Shown piece after piece: positions 22,285 through 36,482 of a stretch of DNA of 64,000 nucleotides. The DNA lies in the NCBI GenBank assembly GCA_030770535.1, contig JASVEC010000021.1, forward strand, positions 372,001 to 436,000. Reading direction: 5' to 3'. This DNA comes from Batkoa obscura. Taxonomy: Eukaryota. Every line of letters begins with the position of its first letter. Position 1 is the first letter of the stretch. Made by a program: the position numbers and the translations under genes. The notes beneath the pieces were generated by a model that ran no database searches, was not told the DNA's origin, and was given only the letters and a program-made list of their open reading frames with translations.

Positions 22285-24377
22285 ATGTCAGATAGTGAAG
22301 ATTTGTCCATCAATATCAATGAAAACTTTGCTCATGAATATCAAAAGCGAAAACAAAATGAAGATCTATTAAAAAGTAAGTGGAATTTTTAATATTCACA
22401 AGAACTTTATTAATCATTTATTTAGTTAAAAGTCAATTTCGAGGTCAAGAAATCAGTGATGAAAAAGCGGAAAAGATCTTAGAAAGGAAGCGTAAATTCG
22501 GTGTCGATAAAGAATATGATGAAGAAGAAGGAGTTAATATATATGTTGATGATAGTGAAGCTTATTTTGATACTAGTGAAGAAGAAGAGGATGAACAAGG
22601 AGAATTGATCACAAAGGAAGTCGATTCTCAATTACTAAAAACATTTGTATTATTAAAAGCTAAAGATGAATCTGTTTATGATAAAGAAAAGGTTTTATTT
22701 GATAATAAACTTATTGAAGAAGCCGCTTTGAAGGCTAAGAAGAAAAAAGAGGAACTTGAGCTTAATAAGGAACAGGTGATAACTTTAGGTGGGTTAAAAA
22801 GAGATAAACTAAATAAAGGAGAACATATTGTAGACGATGTAGAGGACGAAGAAGCTCGTGAAGAAAATAAAGTTTTAACTCATCATGAAGAACAAGAAAA
22901 ACTTAAAAATGAATTAAAGGTATATTTGTATAAATAATTGTTTGAACATTAATAATAATTTAATTAGTCTGCTATCGATAATAATGATTTAGGTGAAGAT
23001 GAAGACGAATTTTTTACAACACGAAATAAAACCCGAGATGAAGAAAATGCAGAAGAAGAAGATTATAAAAATTTTTTATTGGAAGAAATGTCCAAAGTTG
23101 ATACATCTAAAAAAGTATATGACCAATGGGCTAATTTTAAAAATAATCCGTCAATCAATAAAGATGATGCATTTTTAATGGAGTAAGAGTTTAATTTAAT
23201 TTATACATCAAAATAAAATATTAAATTATTACTAGTTATATATTAAACCGAGGTTGGATCGACAAAAATGTAGGAAAAACACCTAGTTATAAAGAAGTAG
23301 TTGGAGAAATTGAAAGTGAAGAAGAAATTGAAAAAGCAGAAACTTTTGAACAAGAATATAATTTTCGATATGAAGAACCAAACGCACATCAACTTGTTTC
23401 ATTTCCAAGAAATGTGGAAACTTCATTGAGAACTAAAGTATCAAAGAAAAAGAAACAAAGAGAAAGAAAGAAAGAACGTAAAGAATTGGAGAAAAAGAAG
23501 GAAGAAGAAGAAGTTAGAAGACAAAAGAACATCAAAATGACAGAAATTAAAAATACAATCGAAGAACTTAAAAAAGTTACTAAAGATCCTACTATTGATA
23601 TTAATACTTTAGAAAAGGAATTAGATGTGGACTTTGATCCTAATACTTATGATAGTAAATTTACTAATAAATTTAATGATGATTATTATCAAGCTGGAGA
23701 GGTAATTCAAATTACTTTTATCTAATAATAATAATAATAATAATATCTCATTTTAATAGAGTGATAATGAAAAACCAGTATTTGACGATGATATAGATAT
23801 TGGAGATCTCGAAGCTCAACAAACGCCTGAAGAAGTCGAAAAAGTGAAACAAGAAGCTATGAAATTATTAGGAGAATTGTATAAAATGGACTATGAAGAT
23901 AAAGTAAGTTCAATTTGTATATAGATATAAAAATAATGAAGTATTGATAATTATATATTTTTTTAGATTGATGATCTTGAAACAAGATTTAAATATCGTA
24001 AAGTAGATAAATTTTCAGGTGGTTTAGAACCAGTAGATATTTTATTAGCTGAAGAAAAAGATTTAAATCAAATTGTTCCATTGAGAGAATTAGCACCGTA
24101 AGTTCAAGAATATATACAAATATTATATATAAATATTTATTAATTATATATTATTTTTAGTTATCGTGAAGGAGGTAGAAAAAAGAGTGTTAGAAAAGAT
24201 AGAGTTAAAGGATTACGTCGAAAATTCAAAGAAGATGGTATTATCTCAAAAGATCAATATAATCAACTTTATAAAAAAAACAAATTGGAAAAAGAAAAGA
24301 CTGAAAAAGAAAAGAGCAAAAACAAAAGTAAAAGTGATAAAAAAGATAAAGATAAAGATAGTAAAGAAGATGAATAA
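22285..24377 (+). CDS. KRI1: Kri1 (40S ribosome biogenesis factor), multi-exon
   Basis: ININENFAHEY, FLMDYILNRGW, FEQEYNFRYEEP..FPRNVETSLR, DYED.IDDLETRFKYRKV, DILLAEEKDLNQIVPLRELAPYR. Confidence 0.9.
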
Positions 24378-24544
24378 GTAGCTTATTATCATCTTCTTAC
24401 ATCCACAACTCCCCTCCTTAATTCAATATCCAAAAAAGCTATCCTTAGATTTTTGTTAAAATTTTAATATATTTTATAGACTTTTATAGATTATTTGGTA
24501 TTTTATTTTTATTTTATTTTATTTTTATTTATTTGGCTAATCTA

Positions 24545-24648
24545 AATGGGAATGTATTATTGTGTTCAAGAATTGTCCTAACAATATTTTCGCTGAAATA
24601 GCGCTTAAAAAATGGAAAAATAGTGAAACTAAAAAACACCTCTAAATA
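24545..24648 (+). mobile_element. MITE family A copy
   Basis: ATGGGAATGTATTATTGTGTTCAAGAATT...AAATAGCGCTTAAAAAATGGAAAAATAGTGAAAC. Confidence 0.83.
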
Positions 24649-24683
24649 TTAAAAATAAATAGCTTTGAATTTGATAAATTATT

Positions 24684-24789
24684 AATGGTGATGTTTTTTT
24701 TGGCTTCATTATTTTTTCCATCTTTTAAGCGCTATTTGAGTAGAAAAATTGTTAGCAAAATTCTTAAACACAAAAATACATCCCCAATA
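24684..24789 (-). mobile_element. MITE family A copy
   Basis: ATGGTGATGTTTTTTTTGGC...CACAAAAATACATCCCCA. Confidence 0.88.
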
Positions 24790-24915
24790 TTAATTAATAA
24801 AATTTAATTTGAATTATTTATCAAGAATATTATGTAAATGAATTATAAAAGAAATTTGTTAATCAATAATAAAAAATAATTTTATTTAAACATATAATAT
24901 AAAAATATAAAAATA

Positions 24916-25020
24916 TATGGGGATGTTTTTTTTGGCTTCATTACTTTTTCCACCTTCCAAGCGCTATTTAAGTGGAAAAATTGTTAGTAAAATTGTTAGA
25001 CACAAAAACACATCCCCATA
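24916..25020 (-). mobile_element. MITE family A copy
   Basis: TATGGGGATGTTTTTTTTGG...CACAAAAACACATCCCCATA. Confidence 0.9.
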
Positions 25021-25038
25021 TATATCTTTATATTTAAA

Positions 25039-27063
25039 TTATAATTTTGATTTATTAATTTTCGATAATTCTTTATCCCTAATTAATCTCCTTAATATTT
25101 TACCTGAAGGTGATTTTGGTATATGATCTACAATTTTAATACCACCTCTGAGATGTTTATAATAAGCTAAATCATGGTGAACTTTAATTTTAATTTGTTC
25201 GATTAATGCATCATAAGATATTGGATTTCCAGGATCAGTTAAGCTTGGTTTTAATACAATAAACGCTTTTGGTACTTCTCCTGCTTCATCATTAGGCACT
25301 CCAATTACACAACAATCTGTTACTTGTGGTTGAGCTAATAATAAGGCTTCTAATTCAGCTGGAGCTACTTGAAATCCACGATACTATTTAAATAATTAAA
25401 TTATTATTATTTAATGTATAAAGATATAAATATATATATATACAAATATAAACATATTTACTTTGATAAGTTCTTTAGCCCTATCTACAATATATAATCG
25501 ATATTGTTTATCAAAATAACCCACATCACCTGTACGCATAAACCCATTACTATCAAACATAGCTTTTGTAGCTTCTGGATTATTTAAGTATCCCTAGAAA
25601 AGTAATAAAGAGGTTAAAATTAAAAAGAAATTAATAAATTTTTACTATCATAATATTAGGTCCTTTGACCCAGAGTTCTCCAATTTCTCCAATTGGTAAT
25701 GTTTTTCCAGTCTCTAGACTTACTATTTTGGCTGCCATATTTGGTACTAAACTACCAACTGATTCATTACTGCCTGTACTTAAAGTAACTACTGATACAC
25801 AGGGTGATGCTTCAGTCATACCTATTAATGTATATAAATGAATTTAATTAAATAACAATAATAATAAATAACAATTATTAATTATTGTTATTACCATATC
25901 CTTGAAACATATGACATTTAAATCTTGTACCAGCTAAATTAGATACTTCAATTGGTAACGGTGCCGCTCCTGAAAATATAAACTCAACAGATGTTAAATC
26001 ATAATTATCTACTATTGGATCCTAACAAATTAATTAAAATTAAAACTTAATTAATTCAATTATCTTACTTTTGCTAATGCTAATATAACAGGAGGAGCGA
26101 GAAATAGCGAAGTGATTTTATGAGTTTGAATAGATTGAAGTAACTAAAATAAAAGTTAATAATTTGATCCTAATAAAGATAAAAATAAAAATAAAAATAC
26201 CTTTTTTAATTCAAATTTTTTAATAACAATTACTGTTTCAAATGAATGAATTGCAGTTAATAACAAGATTTGAATACCATAACAATGAAAGAAAGGTAAT
26301 AAACCTAATACAACTCGACCCATTGATTTAAATTCATCCAATGCTACTTCATTTTGCATAATATTAGCAATTTCATTAAAATGAGAGGTCATCACTCCTT
26401 TTGGTTTACCCGTAGTACCAGAAGAATAAGCAATTAAAGCAATTTGTTCTTTGCATTCTTCTTCATTTTGAAATTTTAAACTTTCACAAAAAGATTTACT
26501 AAAAATGGACTCAAAATTTACTAACTCTTTTGTTTCTCGTTTATCCATATTAATTAATTGAATTGATTGATTTAGTTTTTGATTCACTTTTTTTAATACT
26601 CCAATTTGATCTTCAATTGTAAACATTATTTTTGCATTTGAATCTTTAATTTGATGTAAAACTTCAGTTTCAGTATAGGCTGGATTAATTGTAGTAACTA
26701 TTATACCTAATAAAAATATCATATGAAAAAGTTTCAATATTATAAAAAAAACTTATACTTACCTACTGAACAAGCGGCTAAAAAGATAGTAGCGTAATTA
26801 ATATGATTTGGTGAAAAAATAGCAATCACATCATTTCTTTTTAATCTTAAATTGTTAACAAGTCCAGAAGCTAATAAATTCACTTCTTTTCTTAATTGTG
26901 TATGACTTATTGTTTCTCCTGTTAAATCATCTACAAATGCTCTTATTGAGTGATTGATTCCATTCTTGATATTTGGATTATGTCCTTTTAATATGAAATC
27001 CGATAAGTTTTGTTGATATGGTATAAATAAATTATCATATTTTGAATATATTAATTCAGTCAT
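25039..27063 (-). CDS. 4-coumarate:CoA ligase/luciferase-like acyl-CoA synthetase, peroxisomal (multi-exon)
   Basis: [67 protein letters not shown]-terminal SKL (PTS1). Confidence 0.92.
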
Positions 27064-27469
27064 CCTTTGTTGCTTTGAATAATTAAAATAATAAAAAGTA
27101 AAATTGAATATTTACTATTTTTATATTTTTTAAATATGCTTGTGATCATGTGTGTTGATGTAAATGCTCATTTGATTGGTTTGAGTAAGGGATAAATTTA
27201 TAACAATTGAAATTATGGATAAACTAGTTAAATATGTAATTTAAGTGTTATATTTGCGTTAATACAATCCGCACTCAATGCTATTGAATACCTTTAGTAT
27301 GTAAAGCTCTATTATTAACTGAGTTTTATAAACAATATAAAACAATATAAAAATAACATAATATAAAATCTTATAAGTTTATTTGATTCTAGAATAATGG
27401 TCATTTTTTATGGTAGTAGTTAGTTCATATAATTCTAAATAGTATATTTGAGATAAGAGAATTAATTAA

Positions 27470-27573
27470 TATGAAGATTTTTTTTTGGTTTTATCACTTT
27501 TTCTATCTTTTAAGCACTATTTAAGTGAAAAGGTTGTTAGTAAAATTCTTAAACAAAAAAATATATTTCCATA
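27470..27573 (-). mobile_element. MITE family A copy
   Basis: TATGAAGATTTTTTTTTGG...TAAGCACTATTTAAGTGAAAAGGTTGTTAGTAAAATTCTTAAAC...TTCCATA. Confidence 0.83.
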
Positions 27574-27999
27574 CAGTGTTAAGATATTCATTATTTGTAA
27601 GCATTTATCTTTATTTCTATAGTTATTTTCAAATTTATTTTTTATCATTACCTTTATGTATCATATTTAATAAACTTAGATGATTTTGTATTGTTTTAAT
27701 TTTGATAAACTTTATTTTATTTGAATCAAACATTTTATTCATGTTAATTTTTTATAATAGTATCTTATATCTAAATAAATTATTCAAAAGTAAACTTTTT
27801 ATTTACAATAGTCATATAAAAGATTTAATTTTTCATATAAAAAATGAAACATTTAAAAAGATCTTTTAAATTGAGCTAAATATTTTAAATATTAAAATAT
27901 AATATAAAGTAATTTGATTATTATAGAAATAGATTATGATAAAAAGATTCCATTGATATATATATATATCGCTTTTATTTAATGTAATTTTAAAACATA

Positions 28000-29302
28000 T
28001 GATATTGAATTTTTTCAAATGGAATAATAATGAATGTAAAATAATTTCAAAAGTAAACAATACAATTGAGCTACTACTTATAACTCTAAAGTAAACTCAT
28101 TAAACAGATTTGAGAAAAGGATTAAAGTTAGATGGTGTACTTAAACGTCAATAAATCTATTTAAGCAATGCTATAAAAAACTAAAATTTATCAAATAATG
28201 AGAAATTATTATAAGATATAAAACAACCTTAATAAGATTTTAAAAAACGATTTACTTTACACTCTTTATAGACTAATTTTATAGGATTTGTTAAATCTAA
28301 AGTATACAAAGGTGAAAAAGGAAAAGCACCAAATTTAGTAGATGTACCACCCTCGACTGATACCATTTTATCCACAATTAGGGTGGATGATAATCCAAAT
28401 AAAGCTCTGATATATCTTTAATAACAGTAATGTTTTTCCAAGATTTAGAAGAAAGACCAAACATTATAATATTATCCATCTTTAAGGGTTCGTTTTCATA
28501 TACCTTATTACCACCTATAATATACAATCGACTGCTATAAATAGCAGAGGTATGTAAATCAATCCAAGCTCCATTGTTACTTAATAAACTTCATGCATTA
28601 TCATTAGTACTATACAGGGATGTATTTTTATGTTTAAGAATTTTACTAACAAATCTTCCGCTCAAATAGCGCTTAAAAGATGTAAAAAGTCATAAAACCA
28701 AAAAAACATTACCATATTTTGATACTATTCCTCTACCTTCCACTGCCATTAAATAGGAATGATTAATGACATCCCCATAATGTTAATATATATCAGAATC
28801 TTTATTATCTATAGTCATGGACGATAAATACGTAAAAAGCTCTATTTTATTCCCATTTATAAACTTGTTAGTATTAAAAAAGATATCCACTCTCTTTTTA
28901 TTTGCTTTCTATTTTTTATCATTCAAATCAAAAATTTGGGATCCGTTCTCTTTACTTGTGTTCCTATCTTCAACTACATATATACTATTGTACTTATTAT
29001 TGATTACGGGACTTAAAAGATCTTGTCCTAGGCCAATAGCATCCGGAATAGATTTTCATGGAATAAAAGTTTTATCTTCTAAATTCAGTCCTTCTTTAAG
29101 ATTTAACAAGTCTTATTTCATTAAATTTTTCATCTCCATTATCATTACAATTGGCTAACCCACCAACACAATATAAGCTGCCATCAAGTATCCAACAATC
29201 GATACCATATATATTTAGTGTACTATTACTAGTTATAAACTTTAAAAAAGAAACTGTGGCAGATAAAAGCAAAATAATTAAAAATGAAACTTTGAGTTCC
29301 AC
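28000..29302 (-). pseudogene. Pseudogene of the Kelch-repeat membrane protein family; interrupted by a MITE (3' end approximate)
   Basis: Signal-peptide remnant starting at GTG; IYGIDCWILDGSLYCVGG, frameshift to LNLKEGLNLEDKTFIPW, LHTSAIYSSRLYIIGG, GGTSTKFGAFPFSPLYTLDLTNPIKLVYKE. Confidence 0.82.
28613..28716 (+). mobile_element. MITE family A copy inside a Kelch pseudogene
   Basis: AGGGATGTATTTTTATGTTTAAGAATTTTACTAAC...AAAAACATTACCATA. Confidence 0.87.
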
Positions 29303-29518
29303 TTATGTATTTACTTTCGTTATTATATTTCAATATAATGGTTTAAATTAGCCATCTTATGGATTTCTTGTTGAATTTTGTTTGCTAAATTCCTTTTCTT
29401 TTTATTATGGTACTTTGAACCTTAATTACAGTTGATTATCAAATTAATCCTATTAACCACATTGAATCTTAAAACTTGTATTTGTAAAAGTGTAGCATAA
29501 ATTCTTCCATATCTATTA

Positions 29519-29623
29519 TATGGGGATGTATTTTTGTGTTTAAGAATTTTACCAACAAATTTTCCGCTTAAATGGCGCTTAGAAAATGGAAAAAATAATG
29601 AAGTCAAAAAAAACACTCCCATA
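29519..29623 (+). mobile_element. MITE family A copy
   Basis: TATGGGGATGTATTTTTGTG...AAAAACACTCCCATA. Confidence 0.9.
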
Positions 29624-30223
29624 CATATTTATTTTGAAACAAACTACATAAATAATATATGATTTAATTAAAAAATAACGATTTTAAGTACAAAGAAACC
29701 GTATAATAATATTTTAAATACTTAAACAATTTGAAACGTAATAATAAAGATAGGGTCATAAAATATATATTGACTTAGCTAATCCTTTAAGCTCTATTGT
29801 TACTATATATATAGGTGATAACTTGGTTTTTAAGAAGCTTTGGTAAATGAAATTTTATTTAATTTACTAAATATAGAAAATTATTAAAAAATTAAAAACT
29901 ACCATTGACAAAATATAAGTATGAAAGGCTTATAGCTACTGATATACTTATCTATAACAAATGACTTGAATTCGCATTAATACTGATACTTTAATAATAG
30001 CCATATTAAATTATACATTGTATAGTCTCTGTTAATACACATATGTAAAAATAAATAGCAAATAAATATAAATATAATTTTTTCTAAATTAGAAAGTTTA
30101 AAAAATCAGAAAAAAATCAGAAGTTTATTTTTACTATATAACTTTTATATATATAGAATATCATATTTATTATAAAATTAATACAAAAAACTAGAAACCA
30201 TAATCAAACTAATCAACCAATAA

Positions 30224-33200
30224 TTACACAAAACTAAGAAATAGCTTATCAAAATTTTCAATGTCATAAACCCCAAACAACACTTTAAGATTATCTGCTA
30301 TTTTTTCCAATTCATCTAATATATCATTAAGAACAACAATATATGCATAGAATGGAATATAATGAAATTGGGAATCTGATAAAAAATTCTGTTTATCCAA
30401 TGATTGCATTGAAATTATCATTTTTTTCCTCACTGAATGAATAGCTGGCAAATATGGTGGTAATGGGGTTCTTAAAAGCAAAGCATTATAAAGCATATAA
30501 ATATAAAGCTGAACTGCTTCATTAAGTTGAGAATGATGCAATTCTAATGGTGTTAAAAAATCTTTTGCTATACAACCATTCCATTCTGAATGTGAAATTA
30601 ACATTTTAATTGTATTTACTTGTCTTAATAAGCTTTGACAAGAGTTAAGCATATCCTTATAATTATTAATCGGAAAAGGACCCTTTAAACGGGGTTCATG
30701 TGCAGTGGAAGGTAAAAGGGCTTCCAATTGAAAAAGATCTTTTTGTGCCTGAATTTCTAATTCAGAAAAAGATTGAAGCATTTTTTTGAAATTGAAATTT
30801 GGTGTCGAACCACATTCTTCTAAAGTCTCTTGTGAAATACTACAAAGTTGATACATATTATAATAAATTTGTGAAAAATTTGATATAAATCGACTCAATC
30901 CAACCCTTAATTCTCTTCGTGCTTCATATGGCATTATAACTAATGAGAAAAAGAGTCCAAAGAGTACACCTATAGTCACCGAAGTTGCTCTTATAAATGC
31001 ATATCGGGCAAATCCAAAATTTTCATTCTCTTTGTTAATATAGGAAGTAAGTACAATCAAATTATAGCATAAAAGTAAAAATTGACCAAATTTAGGTACG
31101 CTAGTTTTTAAAAAGATATGCATACAAGGGACAGTGACTAATGAGGTCATTATAACAAGTGCATAAACATTTTTAGAGAACATAGCATAAGTTAAATAAC
31201 CGACTAAAGAGCCTGATATGGTACCTATAACTCTGTAAAGTCCGAATAAGTTAGATGTGCCTAATGTTGGTGACATTACAATATTCATAGCAACTAAAGT
31301 CCAACCTACTTTCCAATCTCTGAATAATTCATGGTAGCCAAAAAGATAAGCCGGTGAAGATATAAGCAAACTAGCAAACGATGCTTTAAGTGCAAATATA
31401 ACTCGATAATCTCTTAAACTCATTAAAAAATACCAAAAATTAGCTCGACTTCTTTGATATGATGTCTGTGGTTTTGGATTATGTAATGGTTCTTTATCTA
31501 TATTTTCTGTATTCACTCCTGAATAATCCCTTTTACCAGTAATTAAAGCTAACAGATTATTGTAATATATATATATATATGACTTTATATTTGATAATGT
31601 AGAAAAAAAATGATATTTTAAATTTTCCCATAGACTGTAGTCATCTAAACTAGATAGTTCTTCCATAATTTCAAAAGCTTCAATAGTTGATAAAAGTTCA
31701 TTAGCAAAATCTTCTAATTCATATACAAAAAAATAAACTAAAAATACTTCTTCTGAAGGATGACCATCGTAATGAGCTTTGGTGTATAGCGTATTAATAG
31801 CTTGATTTCTTGCTTCTGAAAATAAAGTTAACGCATTTTTGATATTTTTCTTTAATTGACATAATGGGATACCAGTATTTATATATTCATCGACATTAAT
31901 ACTATTATCACTATAAGAATGTAAATCGGAGTTTTTTTTAATTTTTCGAATACCAAGAGCTAAAACGGATATAGCTTGTCTACAAGTATAAGTTAATGAT
32001 TTTGTAGGTGGAGCTATATATTTTAGAAAATTAGAAAACAAAAATAAATCTGGTTGAGAATCAGAGTTTAAATTTTGATTAAATAAATTATTCTCAATAA
32101 ATATCGAATTTCGATTTTTTAATTTAATATCACTATGAAGTAATTCACTGACATCTTTATCACTTAATTCTAATAATTCTTTTTGCGTTTCAATACTTGA
32201 ACTTAATCCATTTAACTTTTGGCCCATTTCATTAAGTTTATTAATGGTTTTCCCTATTACAGCATATTTTTCCGAATTTAATTGAAACTCCCAAGATGAT
32301 GCCTCATATCGAGTATTTAAAGTAGATTGTAAATTTCTGTGATTGATAATAATTTCATTAACTTCATTTATATCTTTTGAGCCATTTTCTTCTAACAAAA
32401 ATGTTTTAACAATGTGACATAATCCATATTTTAATGAATCTAAACTTAATACCATATCTGTCCTAAAAAATAAAACACATTATTCTAGATAAAGACACCA
32501 ATGTAATTAATTTACTTTAATTTATCAGATTCCCATCGTGGCCATAACTGTGTGCATATTATAAAGTTCAAAAGTATGCCAACTGCAAGTCCTTTAGCTA
32601 AATTATATGTATCAGTAGTATCAAATGTAGTACCAACAAAAGGGGTTCGGTTTAATAGGACCAGATAAGTGATCATAAATGAAGCAGCAATACCTAAAAA
32701 AATAAGAAAAATAATGATTTTTTAGAAAAATTACCAAGCATAACAGAAGATTTAGGGTATTGAGCTTTAATGCGGGCTAAAATAAAAGAGTAACCGCCAA
32801 TAAAAACAAACCATGTTGAAAACCTGGCAAATGTATGAAATCCTAGGTCGTTCCATAAAGCAGTATTAAAAATGGATAAACAACCTACTACCAAACCAAA
32901 TAAAACTAAAAAAAAGCCAAAGATCATATTTTCAATAAATTTTCCAATTGATTGGCCAGGGTTAAAGAAAATACATGTTATTGCTACTAAATGAGATGCA
33001 TTTCCAATGTAATAATGTAGTATTGGGACAAAAGTAAACAAGGTTCCGATAAAATGGGAAAAACTGGCTTTGATTACATCTTTTTGATCCACTGTTAATT
33101 TATTTAAAAATGAACCCATTATCCCTTCTTTATTCCCTCTAAATATAATTGATTCTGAAGATGAAGTTGGTTCGCTTTCATTAAAAATACCCGAAATATT

Positions 33201-33531
33201 TCGGCGTATTAGTGGTTTATATTCCATAAATAAACTGGATTTATAACTAGAGTTATTTAAAATGATATCATATTAAAATTGACTTGAATTACCTATTGAA
33301 ATCAAAACTATTAGATAACGATATTGTTCTCTTTTGCATAGTACCATCATTTAAAATGACATTATACTCTGAACTTTGATCTGATTTAAAAGTACCATAT
33401 TTCCTTTCTTCATTTAATATTAATGAATGTAAATCAAGGTTAGATATGCTATTTATATTTGATAATGATTCTTGGTTTTGATCATCTATGTAATTTAAAT
33501 TGTTATAAAATTCATTTAAAGGGGATTCCAT
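30224..33531 (-). CDS. Fungal FUSC/aromatic-acid-exporter (ArAE) family membrane protein, multi-exon (start uncertain)
   Basis: FNPGQSIGKFIE, FALKAS..SPAY, VMSPTLG, RVIGTISG, PYEARRELRVGL, HEPRLKGPFP and LRTPLPPYLP motifs; multiple TM helices. Confidence 0.8.
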
Positions 33532-34934
33532 CAAGTATGATTTATGATAAGAAGAGATAGTTTCAACTTTAAATTGATTTTGTATTTGAAATTAATAATC
33601 ATGAAATCACTTAAGAATTAATATTATTTTATCCTCCGCTTTTTCAGTTAGTCCTTCGCTTTTTTTATTGCAAAATTTTTTATGCCTAATATTTTATTAA
33701 CTGTCCTATAACTCCGTTATAAAAGTTAACTTATTGGCAAAATTTTATATTCTAAATGATCATATGGATCCATAAAACACTTTAGAAGTTTCTTTACTTC
33801 TTTGGTTTGAGATTTTTGTATAAATCTTAAATACAAACACTATTTAGAATAAAGGATGCTATCTTATCAATATAATCTCCAAGTTAAACAAGGATGTTTT
33901 CATTTTTGATTTTCCTTTCAAAATAACAATCATCATTTAGAGCAGAAATAATTTGAAAAATATTACATTAAAATTTTACGAAATTTTGTGACTGAGCTTC
34001 ATTTTTCTATTTAATTAAAATTAATAAATATACAGCACTACTTTTACTACCTGATTTAAATATCTTATTGTTTTATCATTTTAAATACTTTTATTATTTA
34101 CAAGAGCGGTTCCTACAAGACTATATTATATAAAAGCTATATTTTTAAATACAACAATCTGGTTTTTAAACATCGAAAAATAGCAGGATATCTAAACGGT
34201 ATCTAGATTAGGCTATTTATTGAGTTATAGGCTTAAAGTAGACCAAAGCTTGATCTTAAAAATCAAGTATAGTTTTTAAAGGCAGGATTTATTAAGGTTG
34301 GATAATAGCTTTACTCTTCTCCTAATTTAAATAAGTTAGGTAAGATTCAAAAAGAATATTCCATGTTCTTGATGAAAACAATCTTAATGTATAAATTATA
34401 ATAAAAAAGCGACCATTTAAAATTATACTATTGCATTTAAGATAACATATAAATAACCTATAAATAAATATCGTTATAACATTTTTTTTTCAAATATCAT
34501 CTGAAATGTTTCAATACTTAGACTAAATGTAGTAAAGTTCTTTACAAATGGCTCAATATTACTTGGTTTTTTTTGAGATTACAATCAGCGTTTTAAAGGA
34601 TAGGAATTTATAAAAAGGGTCCTATTTATCTTAAATATTTATAATACAAAAAGTCTTAGGCACAAAACAATATTTTTAGTTCTATAGTATGGTTCAAATT
34701 AATTATATCTTGAACGTTCAAGGATAAACATATGAAAACAAGTATTTAAATGCAACGTATAGCATGTCTTAAAGTGACCTCTTTTTAGGATCTTAGTTTA
34801 TTTTAAGAACTATAACCTTAATTAAGAAATTAAACATCAAAACTACCCTAATAAAGGAATTCAAATAAAAACAACAATGTAACATTTATGATTGTGCATC
34901 TCGATATTGTTATAAATACAGATAATAAATACAG

Positions 34935-36482
34935 ATGATTAAAAATTGTTAAACTTTCTTATTTAAATTATTGCTTTACCTTTAATTTTGACATTTGTTC
35001 AATCCAGTTACTTTATTTTTGCTTCAAAAGCACTAAGATTACATCCTGAAGGCTGTGGAATATATAAGAATACATTATATTATGTTGGAGGATTGACTGA
35101 TCCAAAGATTGAGGATAGAGACGAGGAATACAATCGAGGCATATACGTACTAAATCTTAAAGACGGGTTTACCTTGTATAGTGATGAAAATACACCACGG
35201 GAATTGATATCAAAAGGCGAGGTTCAGTACCTGGTTTTTCTAGGGCTGTAACCAGTTGTAGTAATACTAGTTTTTTCTAATAGATAGCAAAAACAGATCA
35301 AAAATTGAAAGTTTCAAGGCTTTTAATTTAATAGAAAAGAAATGGATATCAAATCAAGTAGCAGTACCTACCTTCCCTGTATCAGAGAAATCGATAAATG
35401 GGAATGAAACAAAATATCCCCATCAATTGCATACTTTGATTCAAGACAGCGATAACAAAAAATTATATTTTAGTTATGATGTAATTTGCCTTTATTCCAA
35501 TCTCAAAAATGTAGAGGGCACAAGAAGATTATTACCATTACACGCAGTGGATGGAAAATGAGAAAAGTTAGCTAATACACCAAAAAAAGTGCACGATCAC
35601 GTTGCAGTTGTATATAAAAATAGACTGTATATTGTTGAGGATTTAGATCATGATACTATTATGTATAAGAACTAAGTAAGATTCTTGTTTATGAATATGG
35701 ATCTAATACTTGGAATATTATAGCTGCAAAAGGAGATATACCTATGTGTCGTTATAAACTTCCATATTTAACACTTCGGAATAAGATGGTTATCATAGGA
35801 AGCAGCCTTGTTAATAACCTTGATTCATCTATTTTTATCACTATTTGTGCCTTAGACCTGAAAAATCCAAATAAATTGAATTATAAAAAATTGATGTAAA
35901 AGAGTTTTTAACACTCATCTAGGCTGTTTAAAATACTACAATGGATGTTTGATTTATGTATTTGGTCCTTATAAAAAAATCATATCGGTGATACAAACTA
36001 TAGATATAAGAAAAGAGGAATCGAAGGTTGTGGAATAATTACCAATTAATCCAAAACCCAATGATAAGGATAATGGTGAAGTTGGTCCATTTGAACTCGA
36101 GAAGAGTTTGGAAAAAAGTGCTAAACAAGATCCTAATAGTAATAGTAAAAGCCTAGATGCTATAGTATGTGGGTCAATTGACGGGGTGCTGCTTTTGATA
36201 ATTATTCTAACTTTTATATGATACATTGTAAAAAGAAAAGGAAGAGCCAAAAATAGCTATAATTTATCAAAAAATAGTAATAATATCTCAAACAAAAGAA
36301 GTAGCGTGGAAGAATTAAAACCACCAGCTCTTTTGCAAGGTAATACATAGACTCTATTAGAACCGAGCAAATTACAATATCTCAAATTTATATTAAATAC
36401 TGATACAATGGTACCTGGTTTTAATGGTGACATTATTGACCCTGATAAGCCTATTTAGAGTCTAAATTTCAGAGCCAGATAA
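34935..36482 (+). pseudogene. Full-length pseudogene of the Kelch-repeat membrane protein family (closest to the 11520 gene)
   Basis: LRLHPEGCGIYKNTLYYVGG, YNRGIYVLNLKDGF, DHVAVVYKNRLYIV, AKGDIP, IVCGSIDGVLLLIIILTFI*YIV, PPALLQGNT*...LNTDTMVPGFNGDI; in-frame stops and frameshifts. Confidence 0.88.

Noticed and set aside
23723..23745. (TAA)n microsatellite
   Set aside because: Short intronic simple repeat in KRI1, expected in AT-rich DNA.
6722..29622. Apparent family of small ORFs (6722-6904, 14568-14762, 18182-18397, 24917-25126, 29422-29622) sharing MG(M/V)FFL...KILKHKNTSPY or KFLNTKIHPH peptides
   Set aside because: All are chance translations of MITE family A copies in different frames and strands, not a peptide gene family.
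34935..36482. In-frame TGA/TAG codons in the Kelch-like sequence as possible recoding (Sec or readthrough)
   Set aside because: Stops are of mixed types, several fall at Trp positions, and they come with frameshifts, which is ordinary pseudogene decay.
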